From the IMG/VR virus record IMGVR_UViG_2893071988_000005, positions 14,497 to 78,496 of that record: DNA of 64,000 nucleotides. One strand, 5' to 3'. This stretch comes from a virus (Duplodnaviria > Caudoviricetes). The translations under genes were made by a program, and so were the position numbers. Below the pieces are notes generated by a model, which was not told the DNA's origin, did no database searches, and saw only the letters and a list, made by a program, of their open reading frames with translations. This document shows, piece after piece, positions 35,354 through 45,219 of the stretch (the first letter of the stretch is position 1; each line of letters begins with the position of its first letter).

Positions 35354-35904
35354 TGGCGAAGGCAACGCCCCGCGCGAAACCCGCAAGGCCGACCAAGGCT
35401 GCTCCGAAGATCTCGGTCGCCGATCAGATGGTCAATCAGACCGAGATGGCGAAGATCCTCGACATCAGCACGCGGTTTCTCCGCCAATTGCAGGTTGACG
35501 GGGTGCTCCAGCCTGAGAAGGGGAAGTTCCGGGTAGGCTCGACAGTTCGGGCATATGCAGACTTCCTCAAGCAGGGTTCGGAAAAGCGATCTGGCTCCAG
35601 CAGCATGGACGAGCTTCGCGCCGAGAAGGCGCTCGACATCCGCCTTAACCGAGCGCGGAAGGACCGGGAAATCATCTCGCTCGACGAAGCGCTGAGCGCC
35701 ATCGATGAGGTCACGGGCCTATATGTCTCGTCCCTTTCTGGACTTCCTGCGCAGATAACGGGAGTGCCGAGAGAGCGGCAGAGGTTGGATGAAATCTTCG
35801 ACAGAGAACGGCTCCGCATCAGAGATCGTCTCGCCAAAAAGCGACAAGCTCTTCTTGAGGGCCGAGAAACTTCTGACACCGAGGCCGAGGACGACGCCGA
35901 CTGA
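35353..35904 (+). CDS. Terminase small subunit (Nu1-like)
   Basis: wHTH VNQTEMAKILDISTRFLRQL plus coiled coil; precedes terL. Confidence 0.85.
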   Translation: MAKATPRAKPARPTKAAPKISVADQMVNQTEMAKILDISTRFLRQLQVDGVLQPEKGKFRVGSTVRAYADFLKQGSEKRSGSSSMDELRAEKALDIRLNRARKDREIISLDEALSAIDEVTGLYVSSLSGLPAQITGVPRERQRLDEIFDRERLRIRDRLAKKRQALLEGRETSDTEAEDDAD

Positions 35905-37849
35905 ATGGGCGAAGAACCGACACTACCCGGACTCCGCAGGCCGACCCGGTCAGCGCAATCCGCACATCACCCCCTACATGACGCCTTTCGCCATGGCGGT
36001 CCACGGCCGCACGCACAAGCGCGTCGTGTTCGTGGTATCGGCGCAATCGGGCAAGACCGAGACGTTCCTTGACATCATGGGCGAGCGCCTCGACACCGCG
36101 CCGGTCCCGACAATCTACGTCGGACCTTCAAAGCAGTTTCTGAACGAGCAGTTCGAGCCCCGGCTAGACGATCTCATGCAGAACACGCCGCTGAAGGACC
36201 GGCTTGCTCCGCCGTCGAAGCAGAAGAAAACCCGCAAGTTCATCAACGGCGTCCCGCTCCGCCTGGCGCACGGCGGCTCGTCGACAGCGATGAAGTCGGA
36301 CCCGTTTGGCCTCGCAATCACCGACGAGGTGGACGAGATGATGGGAAACCTGCGCGGTCAAGGAAACCCGGTCGGCCTGATCGACGCGCGCGGCGACACC
36401 TACGCGGATTTCGTCCACGCGATCACGTCGACCCCGAGCAAGGGGGCCGCCGAAGTGGAAAAGGATCCAGAAACAGGCCTCGAGTTCTGGGCCGAATCCG
36501 ACCCAGAGGAGGTGGAGTCCACCATCTGGCGGCTCTGGATGAGCGGTACGCGATACCATTGGGCTTGGCCGTGCCCGCATGACGAATGTGGGGAATATTT
36601 CATTCCCCGCTTCTCCTGCCTTGAGTGGAAGAAGCCGATAGCTGAAAGCGGTCGGGAGCTTCCGTCTACGCCTTCGTTGGCGCAGAAAACGGCGCACCTT
36701 ATTTGTCCGTGCTGTGGCGCCGAGATCTTTGAAACGGATCTCAAGGCCGGCTCGAACATGAACAATAAGGAGTGGATGAACGCGCGCGGCGTGTACGTCG
36801 CTCCCGGTCAGAGGGTTGATAGGGAAGGCGTCGTGCATGGCATGACGCCGGAGAGCTGGACGCTCAGCTATTGGGTATCGGGTTTGTGCTCGCCATTCGT
36901 GTCGTGGGGGGAGCGCGCGGCACGCTACGTCGAAGCCGTCAGATCCGGTGATCCTGGCCAAATCCAGTCGGTTAAGAACCAAGGCTTTGGCGAGCTTTAT
37001 GCCCCCGGTGGCGGAACCGCTCCGGAGTGGGGCGAGGTTTTGGAACGGGCGGATGACAGCTATCAGCACGGTGAAGTGCCCGCGGCAGTCAAGGTCCTTA
37101 CACTCACCTGTGACGTTCAGAAGGACCGCCTCATCTACATCATACGGGGGTGGGGCGCCTTCGGGGAATCCTGGCTGGTGCAGGCTGAAGAATTATTCGG
37201 CCTGACTGAGGAGGCCGAAGTCTGGGATACGCTGGCCACCGTGCTTACGGATACCTATGATGGGCTGCCGATCCGCCTAGCTCTGATCGATTCCGGTTTC
37301 CGTCCTGGCAAGCCCTTTGTCGTTCCGGAGCATCGTGTCTATGCTTTTGCCCGTCGTTTCCCGAACCTCGTCCGCGCGACGAAGGGGGCCTCGACGGTTA
37401 TGAAGAAACCCATCGATGTCAGTAAGATCGACGTGACCCTGAACGGTAAGACGTTCAAACACGGGCTCGATCTCATTCGGCTGGACACCGACTACTTCAA
37501 GTCGTGGGTGCAACAGAAGATCAGATGGGAAGATAGCATGCCGGGGGCTTGGCATCTCCCGGGCAACATCTCGGAAGACTACTGCAAGCAAGTCGTTTCC
37601 GAAACGCGGCTCCGTTCGATGGGCAAGGTGAAGTGGGTAAAGCGCTATCGCGAAAACCACTTTCTCGACTGCGAGGCAATGCAGGCTGCCGCGCAGATGA
37701 TTCTCAATCTCGGCAAGCTGCGTAGCAACGCTCCCACGAGACGCGCGGCCGCCACTGAAAATCAACCTACAAGCAATCCGGACAGGTCAGCACCGACGCC
37801 GCAGGGGCGACCGGGAGGCTTCCTTGGCCGGCGGAGTATATGGTCATGA
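35789..37849 (+). CDS. Terminase large subunit (lambda GpA family)
   Basis: SAQSGKT, AITDEVD, STP, CPH/CPCC, DVQKD, IDSG, NHFLDC. Confidence 0.95.
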   Translation: MKSSTENGSASEIVSPKSDKLFLRAEKLLTPRPRTTPTEWAKNRHYPDSAGRPGQRNPHITPYMTPFAMAVHGRTHKRVVFVVSAQSGKTETFLDIMGERLDTAPVPTIYVGPSKQFLNEQFEPRLDDLMQNTPLKDRLAPPSKQKKTRKFINGVPLRLAHGGSSTAMKSDPFGLAITDEVDEMMGNLRGQGNPVGLIDARGDTYADFVHAITSTPSKGAAEVEKDPETGLEFWAESDPEEVESTIWRLWMSGTRYHWAWPCPHDECGEYFIPRFSCLEWKKPIAESGRELPSTPSLAQKTAHLICPCCGAEIFETDLKAGSNMNNKEWMNARGVYVAPGQRVDREGVVHGMTPESWTLSYWVSGLCSPFVSWGERAARYVEAVRSGDPGQIQSVKNQGFGELYAPGGGTAPEWGEVLERADDSYQHGEVPAAVKVLTLTCDVQKDRLIYIIRGWGAFGESWLVQAEELFGLTEEAEVWDTLATVLTDTYDGLPIRLALIDSGFRPGKPFVVPEHRVYAFARRFPNLVRATKGASTVMKKPIDVSKIDVTLNGKTFKHGLDLIRLDTDYFKSWVQQKIRWEDSMPGAWHLPGNISEDYCKQVVSETRLRSMGKVKWVKRYRENHFLDCEAMQAAAQMILNLGKLRSNAPTRRAAATENQPTSNPDRSAPTPQGRPGGFLGRRSIWS

Positions 37850-38073
37850 GCGGAATTTCTCTCGACGGAATCCCGGAGGAGGAGCGTGCCTCGCTGCTGC
37901 GCGATCTGAAGGAAGCCTATTTCCTCGGCGCTCTGCGAGTGCGTTTTCGTGAAAGAGACGTGACCTACCGGTCGCGCGCCGAGATGCGGCAGATCATCGC
38001 CGATCTCGAAGGTGCTGTAGCCACGGCGCCCCAGCGGAACATCATCCTGACGACGTTCAGCAGGGGGTATTGA
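37846..38073 (+). CDS. gpW-like head-tail joining protein
   Basis: GALRVRFRERDVTYRSRAEM, located between terL and portal. Confidence 0.85.
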   Translation: MSGISLDGIPEEERASLLRDLKEAYFLGALRVRFRERDVTYRSRAEMRQIIADLEGAVATAPQRNIILTTFSRGY

Positions 38074-39614
38074 TGGCGAATGCCCTGGACCGATTCATCG
38101 GGTTCTTAAACCCGAAAAGAGGAGCAGAGCGTGCCGCATATCGCCTCCGGTCGGAGATTCTAAATGGTGCGTACCGCAGCTATGAAGGCGCGTCATCAGG
38201 GCGCCTTGCTCAAGGCTGGCGCGCTCCGCCGGGTGATGCGGACACGCATATTGCACGATCAGGTCAGCAGCTTCGTGATCGTTCGCGGGAGCTTGTCCGC
38301 AATAATCCGCTCGCGGCGAAGATCGTAACAGTCCACGCGAACAACCTCGTAGGGCCAGGGATTATGCCCCGCGCAAAGACGGGGAAACCGGAAACGGACA
38401 AGAAGATCAACGATCTTTTTGACGAATGGTCGGAGCAGTGCCACGTAGACGGTGCAACCAATTTCTACGGTCTCTGCTACATCCTTGCTCGTTCGATGGT
38501 GACCGACGGCGAGCAGTTTGTTCGCCGCCGCCGCCGCCGCATCGAGGACGGCCTCGCCGTTCCTCTACAATTGCAACTTCTTGATTCAGAGTTTTGCGAT
38601 TGGGGGAAGACGACCGTTGTCGGTGCCGCAGAGATCATCGGCGGCATCGAGTATGATGTGATTGGCCGCCGTCGCGGCTACTGGATGTTCCCCAGACACC
38701 CGCACGGTCGGACAGCGAAGGCGGAGGCAGTCGTTAGCTCATTCGTTCCGGCCGACGATATAGCGCACGCCTTCGAACCGCTGGCCAACCAAACGCGTGG
38801 CGTCCCATGGCTTGCGCCGGTCATGACCGAACTGAAGGATCTTCGTGACTACGAGCTTGCGGAGAATATCCGGAAAAAGGTCGAAGCGTGCCATGTCGGG
38901 GTTGTGCGGCCCAAACTCGGCGACATCGATCCGAATGTCGGTTTAACGGAGACGCCCGGCTCCAACTCGGCTCTCCGGGATATCTATGGGAACCCGGTCG
39001 ACCGAATGGAGCCCGGTATGTTCGCCATAGCGTCTGACGGGGCAGACATAACGTTCAACAACCCGGCGATCTCGGCCGGGGTGGAAGCCTACATTCGCAC
39101 CCGCCATCGCAGCATCGCCGCCGGCGCACGGCAACCGTACGAGCTGATGACGGGCGACTTCAGCCAGGCGAACTTCGCATCCGGTCAACTTGGATTGCTG
39201 GATTACCAACGGTTCATCTCCTCGATCCAGTGGCATTACCTTATCCCTCAGGTGATGCATCGGATGTACGGTTGGTTTCTCCAGGCCGGCCGAGAGAACG
39301 GAAAAATCCCGTTGAACCTCAAGGTGGTGGTCGAGTGGCAGCCTCCTGAGTTCGAAAAGATCAACCGTCTCGATGACGCGCGTGCCGACCTCCTAGAGGT
39401 TCGTATGGGCAAGCGATCGATGCCGGAGATCATCGCGAAAACGGGCCGTGATCCGGCGACCGTCGTGGCGGAGAACGACGACTTCTTCCAGATGGTCGAC
39501 AAGACGAAGAGCAAACTCGTGCTCGACGCCGACCCGCGGAAGGTTTCGATCAACGGCCAGGCTCAGGCCGCAAATCAAGTAGACAAAGGAGACGGCGGTG
39601 CCGCAGGCTCTTGA
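38073..39614 (+). CDS. Portal protein (lambda family)
   Basis: YEGA, LRDRSRELVRNN, QTRGVPWLAP, TGDFSQANFAS. Confidence 0.95.
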   Translation: MANALDRFIGFLNPKRGAERAAYRLRSEILNGAYRSYEGASSGRLAQGWRAPPGDADTHIARSGQQLRDRSRELVRNNPLAAKIVTVHANNLVGPGIMPRAKTGKPETDKKINDLFDEWSEQCHVDGATNFYGLCYILARSMVTDGEQFVRRRRRRIEDGLAVPLQLQLLDSEFCDWGKTTVVGAAEIIGGIEYDVIGRRRGYWMFPRHPHGRTAKAEAVVSSFVPADDIAHAFEPLANQTRGVPWLAPVMTELKDLRDYELAENIRKKVEACHVGVVRPKLGDIDPNVGLTETPGSNSALRDIYGNPVDRMEPGMFAIASDGADITFNNPAISAGVEAYIRTRHRSIAAGARQPYELMTGDFSQANFASGQLGLLDYQRFISSIQWHYLIPQVMHRMYGWFLQAGRENGKIPLNLKVVVEWQPPEFEKINRLDDARADLLEVRMGKRSMPEIIAKTGRDPATVVAENDDFFQMVDKTKSKLVLDADPRKVSINGQAQAANQVDKGDGGAAGS

Positions 39615-41808
39615 GAAAACTATCCGTATCCCCAGGAGCTTCGGTGACGTTGAGGTCCGTGGTAGCACGGCGAACGAAACGGACCGCACGGTCGAGGTCG
39701 TGTGGTCAACCGGAGCCGCCGTAAAGCGCCGTTCCTGGGATGAGGGCGAATACATGGAAGAGCTTTCCATGGAGCCCAAAGCCATCCGCATGGCCCGGTT
39801 CAAGTCGGGGATGTCCCTTCTGGACTCTCATGACAACTGGTCGATGGCGGCCCGGCTCGGCACAGTTGTGCCGGGCTCGGTAAAGGTCGAGGGAGGCAAG
39901 GGCACCGCCCTTGTAAAGTTCTCTCGAAGTGAACTTGCCGAAACGATCTTTCGAGATCTGCTGGACGGCCACCCCGTCCAAATTTCGGTTGGATACAAGG
40001 TCCACAAGTACGTGAAAACCGAAGCAGGCGAGAAGTCGCTCCCAACATTCCGCGCGACGGATTGGGAGCCGATGGAGCTTTCGGTTGTCCCGATACCCGC
40101 GGACGCCGGCTCTCACTCGCGATCTGATGCTGCTTCTGAAGAGGAGAGCTACGAGGTGATTGTATCCGGCGATGAAGCAACTTTCGCCGCGCGCGCGGCC
40201 TATACCACGGAGATTCCCATGAACAAGCGTGAAGCCGCGAAGACCCTCAAGGGCAAGGAGCTCGATGCTCTCTCCCTCGGAGCTGGTCTTGCCCGCAACG
40301 CAAACGAGACCGACGACCAGCTCAGCGCCCGGCTCCTCGCGCACTACGATGCCGAGGACAAGCAGCGCGCCGACGCTGAGGCGACGAAGAAGCGAGAGGC
40401 CGATGAAGCCGCGCGCCGTGAGGCCGAGGCAGAGGCTGCAAAGCGCGCCGCCGAGGGTGGCCAGGCCGCAACGTCGACGCCCGCCGGCGGCCTGACGGCC
40501 GAGCAGGTGGCTGAGCAGGTACGCTCGGCGACCACTGCGGAGAAGAAGCGGGCCAAGGAAATCCGCGATCTCGCTCGCTCTGCCGGCTTCAAGGATGACG
40601 ACGATTTCGTTCGCTCGGCGGTCGACGGCGATCAGACGATCGAGGTCTTCCGCTCCGAAATGCTGAACAAGCTTATCGAAAAGGAGCAGAAGTCGCCGAC
40701 TTTCCCGCACTCTGAAACTCGCGGCATGCGGGATAGCCAGGAAACGACCCAGAAGCTCATCGCCAACGCGATGATGCACCGTCACGGCCTCACGGATAAG
40801 CTGGAAGACGGCGCCAGCCAGTATCGCGAGATGAGCTTGGTCGACGTGGCCCGCGATCTCCTCGTTGCACGCGGCGAGAGCGGGCGTGGCTCCAACGTCG
40901 ATATCCTTCGCCGCTCGCTGCATAGCACGTCGGACTTCCCGATCATTCTCGGCGATATCACGCGCCAGACGATGATGCAGGCCTACACGCTCGAGCAGGA
41001 GCAGAACACGTTCCAGCTTATCGCAAGCCGGAACGTCATGCCCGACTTGCGCGAAGTCAAGGTTCTCGAAATGGGTAACGGCCCGGAGCTCGAGGAACTG
41101 ACGGAGAAGGGCGAGTACAAGCGCGGCACGATCCGTGAAAGCGCCGAAGGCTTCACCATGTCGCACTACGGCAAGGTCATCGGCCTCACCGAGCGCATGA
41201 TCATCAACGATCAGCTTGGCGCGTTCGCCAAGGTCATTGCGAATTGGGGTCGCGTCGTCGCTCGCCTCGAAGGCAACATTGTCTGGAGCATCGTTCTCGA
41301 CAACGCTAAGCTGAAGAGCGACAACAAGGCGCTCTTCCACGCGGACCACGGCAACCTTGCCGGCTCGGGTACGGCTCTCGACGAGACGAACCTCATCGCC
41401 GGCCGCACCGCGTTCCGCAAGCAGAAGGACATCGATGGCCAGCAGATCTCGCTCGCCCCGACCTATCTCTTCGTCGGCACGGACCTCGAAGTTCCCGCCC
41501 AAAAGCTCATTCAGGGCGTGACGGTCCCGCATACCGTCGCGGAGGTGGTCCCCCAGGCGATCCGCTCGCTGAAACCGGTTTACGAAAGCCGCATTGACCG
41601 ACTGCCGAACAAACCGTGGTTCCTCTTCGCCACGCCACAGGCAACCCTCGGCCGTGGCCTGCAGTATTCGTACCTCTCCGGCTACGAAACTCCCCGCACC
41701 ATGGAGCGTTGGGGTTTCGACTATGACGGGGTCGAGTACCGCCTCGACCACTACTTCGGCGCGGGTCTGACCGACTTCCGTTTCGCCTACAAGAACCCCG
41801 GCAACTAA
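39598..41808 (+). CDS. Prohead protease-major capsid fusion protein
   Basis: N-terminal LLDSH...ISVGY...ELSVVPIPAD; scaffold-like linker; capsid HSTSDFP...LFHADHGN. Confidence 0.93.
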   Translation: MPQALEKTIRIPRSFGDVEVRGSTANETDRTVEVVWSTGAAVKRRSWDEGEYMEELSMEPKAIRMARFKSGMSLLDSHDNWSMAARLGTVVPGSVKVEGGKGTALVKFSRSELAETIFRDLLDGHPVQISVGYKVHKYVKTEAGEKSLPTFRATDWEPMELSVVPIPADAGSHSRSDAASEEESYEVIVSGDEATFAARAAYTTEIPMNKREAAKTLKGKELDALSLGAGLARNANETDDQLSARLLAHYDAEDKQRADAEATKKREADEAARREAEAEAAKRAAEGGQAATSTPAGGLTAEQVAEQVRSATTAEKKRAKEIRDLARSAGFKDDDDFVRSAVDGDQTIEVFRSEMLNKLIEKEQKSPTFPHSETRGMRDSQETTQKLIANAMMHRHGLTDKLEDGASQYREMSLVDVARDLLVARGESGRGSNVDILRRSLHSTSDFPIILGDITRQTMMQAYTLEQEQNTFQLIASRNVMPDLREVKVLEMGNGPELEELTEKGEYKRGTIRESAEGFTMSHYGKVIGLTERMIINDQLGAFAKVIANWGRVVARLEGNIVWSIVLDNAKLKSDNKALFHADHGNLAGSGTALDETNLIAGRTAFRKQKDIDGQQISLAPTYLFVGTDLEVPAQKLIQGVTVPHTVAEVVPQAIRSLKPVYESRIDRLPNKPWFLFATPQATLGRGLQYSYLSGYETPRTMERWGFDYDGVEYRLDHYFGAGLTDFRFAYKNPGN

Positions 41809-41834
41809 CCGAGGCGTTCGAAGCTGAGACCGCG

Positions 41835-41866
41835 AGCCGGCCCTAGAGGGGTCGGCTTTTTCTTTT
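41835..41866 (+). terminator. Intrinsic terminator after the capsid gene
   Basis: AGCCGGCCC...GGGTCGGCT followed by T-run. Confidence 0.75.
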
Positions 41867-41885
41867 CGCATAACGGGAGATCCCC

Positions 41886-42215
41886 ATGCGCAACTATGTT
41901 CAGCCGGGCAAAACCCTCACCCTGCCGGCCCCGACCGGTGGTGTTGTTTCCGGCAATTTCTACAAGATCGGCGCATTCTTCGGTGTGGCTGCAATCAGCG
42001 CCGCCGAGGGCAAGCCCTTCGATCTTGAAACCGGCGAGGTCTACGACCTGCCGAAAACTTCGGCTGAAGCCTGGGCTATCGGCGACGTCATATATGCCAC
42101 CTCGGGCGGCATCATGACGACCACCTCGTCCGGCAACACGAAGGTTGGCGTGGCGGTCGCAGTCGCTGCTAACCCCTCTGGCATCGGCCGCGTGCGTCTC
42201 AACGACAATTTCTAA
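41886..42215 (+). CDS. DUF2190 capsid decoration/cement protein
   Basis: MRNYVQPG...GVVSG...FGVA...RVRLN. Confidence 0.88.
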   Translation: MRNYVQPGKTLTLPAPTGGVVSGNFYKIGAFFGVAAISAAEGKPFDLETGEVYDLPKTSAEAWAIGDVIYATSGGIMTTTSSGNTKVGVAVAVAANPSGIGRVRLNDNF

Positions 42216-42263
42216 CCGACGGCAGTGAAAGCCGCCGACCAGTTGGCAACAAGGAAAAGCCAG

Positions 42264-42452
42264 ATGAAAGAGTATGTTGTCGCCATCGCCACCGTTATCG
42301 AAGGGCGCCACCGGGAGCCCGGCGAACCCGTCGCACTCGACGAGAAGAAGGCGAAGATCTACGGCGATGCCGACCTCGTTGTAACCCCGGAAGAGTGGGA
42401 GAAGCGCAAGGCCACTCCCGCCAAGGCCGCGCCGACGAAGGCCGAGAAGTAA
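42264..42452 (+). CDS. Small head-region protein
   Basis: AAGGA RBS; position. Confidence 0.6.
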   Translation: MKEYVVAIATVIEGRHREPGEPVALDEKKAKIYGDADLVVTPEEWEKRKATPAKAAPTKAEK

Positions 42453-42455
42453 GCC

Positions 42456-42872
42456 ATGGGCATTTTCAGCCGCCTTGATCGAACAGCGAGCAGGACGGTT
42501 GATCGTGTCAACGCGATCCGGTTCACGCTCGTGCCGCAGGCATCAACGCCAAATGGCCGGCCGGGGCCGGATCCGACCCGCCACGAAGTGACCGGGCGAG
42601 GGGTCTTCGACTATGTCGCAACAGAGCAGGGGCTCCAGCTCGGCGTTCGCAAATCGTACCGAGAAGCCAACGACCTTCGCGCGCTCCAGACCGGCCGCGA
42701 TCCGCAGCTATCCGTCGATCGCCGGTATTTCGGCAGCGAAGAACCGAAGCAGGGCGATATCGTCGTCTTTCCCGACAACCCGGAGCTTCCGAGCTTCGAT
42801 GTGATGTCCGTTCCTCGTGACGGCCTTTCTCGGCTTGTTCTCATGCTGTCTCACGGAGGTGCCCAGGTATGA
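42456..42872 (+). CDS. Head-tail joining/closure protein
   Basis: PKQGD...PRDG pattern; position. Confidence 0.7.
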   Translation: MGIFSRLDRTASRTVDRVNAIRFTLVPQASTPNGRPGPDPTRHEVTGRGVFDYVATEQGLQLGVRKSYREANDLRALQTGRDPQLSVDRRYFGSEEPKQGDIVVFPDNPELPSFDVMSVPRDGLSRLVLMLSHGGAQV

Positions 42873-43642
42873 GCGTTTATCGCGTTGTTGGCCGCCTCGC
42901 CGCTGTCAGCGCCTTGAACAATTTCATGTCGGCGCCATGGCCGACAATCGCTGGTCCCAACTGGTTCGATTCCAAAATCGAACCGGTCGAGGACATGAAG
43001 ACCGACAAGATGTTCCCGTGCGGCGTGGTCTATACCGACTACGATTTCAACCACTGGAACAAGGGGGCTGGCCAGAACAAGCGCCGCCTCACCACGATCA
43101 CGCTCGAACTGCTGATCGTCCAGGCTCGGGAAGTGACGACCGGTGCTCGGCCGGACTACCGCCTCGACTGCCCGGTGACGGACAGTGAAATCGAATCCTC
43201 TCTCGACTTCTTCGAGAGCCAGATATTCCGTGCGCTCGCCGCGAACAACGAGGCTGCCAACGCCTTCAGCTACCTCTATGCGTCCTACGACAATGTCGTC
43301 AGCCGACGCGGCGCATCGGCGGAAGGTGGTCAGCGGCTTGCTGCACGGCAGATTTCGATGGAGATGACCTCGGTGCGAGAAAACACCTCCGGGACCATTC
43401 CTCCGGAAATCGAGGCCTTCCTCGCCAAGCTGGAGGGCACGCCAACCTACACCGACTACGCCGATCGCGTCATCGATATCCGGCAAGCCCTAACCGCCCC
43501 GGCGGGGTGGAGTGAGGTTGAGCGTGAACGGCAGCTACTCGGCTGGAGCACGAAGACGGCAGAGGCTGTTGGTCGAGTGTTCGGCCCTCCGGTGCTGCTG
43601 CCTCCGAACCTGACCTTTCATCCAGTAGGGCCATCGCCATGA
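42869..43642 (+). CDS. Tail terminator-like structural protein
   Basis: Position between head closure and spike genes. Confidence 0.6.
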   Translation: MSVYRVVGRLAAVSALNNFMSAPWPTIAGPNWFDSKIEPVEDMKTDKMFPCGVVYTDYDFNHWNKGAGQNKRRLTTITLELLIVQAREVTTGARPDYRLDCPVTDSEIESSLDFFESQIFRALAANNEAANAFSYLYASYDNVVSRRGASAEGGQRLAARQISMEMTSVRENTSGTIPPEIEAFLAKLEGTPTYTDYADRVIDIRQALTAPAGWSEVERERQLLGWSTKTAEAVGRVFGPPVLLPPNLTFHPVGPSP

Positions 43643-44178
43643 ACTTCGATCAGGCCGTCATGAAGCTCGTCCGGCGCGTTGCGCAGTTGGAACGCATCGT
43701 CGAGCGGCAGACGGTCCGGATCAATAGCATGATCCGCGAAGGCACGGTTCTTGATGTCGACTACACGAAGGGGCTGGCGATCGTCGATGCTCATGGCATC
43801 CCGACGAAACCCACCCCGTGGCTGGAGCCGGCGAACAGCGACTATGCCGAATGGACGCCGATGGCGAAAAATCAGCGCGTCATGCTCTTTTCGCCCGGCG
43901 GCGACCTGGGCCGAGCGTTCATCCTGCCGGGTGGCTACACCGATGAGGCGGCACAGCCGCATCAGACGCAGGGTGAGCGCTTGACGAAATTCGGCGACAC
44001 CACATTCCGGCAATCAGCGTCCGGGTTCTTTCTCGCCGTGGGTGGTTGCTCCTTCAGCTTCACCGGTGCCGGCTTCTATCAGACCGGTGGGCGCCAGGAC
44101 CACGACGGCAAGAATGTCGGCTCCACGCACGGGCACGAGAGTGCACCGCCCGGCATTCCCGGTCCTCCGCTTCCGTAA
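43639..44178 (+). CDS. Baseplate assembly protein V (spike)
   Basis: GTVLDVD...QRVMLFSPGGD...GSTHGH. Confidence 0.88.
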   Translation: MNFDQAVMKLVRRVAQLERIVERQTVRINSMIREGTVLDVDYTKGLAIVDAHGIPTKPTPWLEPANSDYAEWTPMAKNQRVMLFSPGGDLGRAFILPGGYTDEAAQPHQTQGERLTKFGDTTFRQSASGFFLAVGGCSFSFTGAGFYQTGGRQDHDGKNVGSTHGHESAPPGIPGPPLP

Positions 44179-44189
44179 CGAGGTTCAAC

Positions 44190-44540
44190 ATGGCCGCTCT
44201 TTCTCGAAAACTCCGCAGCCTCGAAGGCGGCGGCATCGCCTTCGCCTGTCCGGGGTGCGGCGAGATGCATCAGATCCGGGTGGGAGCCGGACCCGGGCCG
44301 CGGTGGACATTTACCGGGGACGCGGAATTGCCGACGTTCCGGCCGTCAATCCTCGTGATGGGTGTCAACTTCGATCAGGAGCAGGACTGGAGCCAGGAGG
44401 ATGTCAAACGCGGTGTCCTCGAAATAGCGGCCCAGGAGCGGCGCTGCCACTCCTTCGTCACGCTCGGCAACATCGAGTTTCTGCCGGACAGCACGCACGA
44501 TTTGGCGGGGCAAACGGTCCCGCTTCCTGACCTTCAGTAG
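44190..44540 (+). CDS. DUF6527-like protein
   Basis: FACPGCGEMH...WTFTGD...PTFRPSI...CHSFV...DSTHDLAGQTV. Confidence 0.75.
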   Translation: MAALSRKLRSLEGGGIAFACPGCGEMHQIRVGAGPGPRWTFTGDAELPTFRPSILVMGVNFDQEQDWSQEDVKRGVLEIAAQERRCHSFVTLGNIEFLPDSTHDLAGQTVPLPDLQ

Positions 44541-44564
44541 CGCCGAGGCGCAAGGAGACCCCGT

Positions 44565-44792
44565 ATGACGAAGAAGATGTATTACGCCGCGGTCGAAGGC
44601 TTTCTTTTCGACAAGTACCGGAAGATCGGTGAGCCGGTCGGCATGCTCAGTGTCGATGAAGCCAAGTACCCGGCGCAGATGGGGCAGATTTCGGAGACAG
44701 CGCCGGGGCAGCCGACAACGGTAAGCGGTGGCGGCGTCAACATGGAAGCTGGTGGCGGCAAGGGCGGCAAAGCCGGCGGCGGTGAAGCCTGA
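44565..44792 (+). CDS. Small baseplate-region protein
   Basis: AGGAG RBS; position. Confidence 0.6.
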   Translation: MTKKMYYAAVEGFLFDKYRKIGEPVGMLSVDEAKYPAQMGQISETAPGQPTTVSGGGVNMEAGGGKGGKAGGGEA

Positions 44793-45205
44793 TGGCCCGG
44801 GTCGGTTTCGACGCAGAGACCGGCCAACTGCTTCGCGGCTGGCCGCACTGCCTGCAAAGCATCAAGAAAATCTTGAACACGGAACTTGGCTCAATGCCGC
44901 AGCGGCGAGGGGCCGGCTCGAAAATCCCCCAGCGCATCGACGACCCGCAGAACCCGGAATCGGTCATTGCTCTCTATCTCGACACCGCGCAGGCGCTTGA
45001 GCCGCGCACGGTCGAGGGGCGGCAATACGGTGAGCCGGGTTTCGTCCTGCTGCAGGCGAACATCGACGCGGCCACGCCGGGCCATGTGCTCCTGACGCTC
45101 GGCGGCATCTACTTCGAAGATGGCCATCTCGGCGACTACAGCAATCCATCGGAGAAGACCGTGGTTATCGACTTGGTCGATGGCGAGGGCGTGTCCTCCG
45201 AGTAA
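44792..45205 (+). CDS. Baseplate wedge GPW/gp25
   Basis: GFDAETG...HCLQSIKKILNTELGS...GS. Confidence 0.85.
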   Translation: MARVGFDAETGQLLRGWPHCLQSIKKILNTELGSMPQRRGAGSKIPQRIDDPQNPESVIALYLDTAQALEPRTVEGRQYGEPGFVLLQANIDAATPGHVLLTLGGIYFEDGHLGDYSNPSEKTVVIDLVDGEGVSSE

Positions 45206-45219
45206 TCGGGGACCTCCAG

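Noticed and set aside
39706-41871. Long antisense ORFs (39706-41871, 14238-15860, 16634-18049, 47419-48882, 54886-56391)
   Set aside because: Shadow frames of GC-biased real genes with recognisable motifs on the opposite strand.
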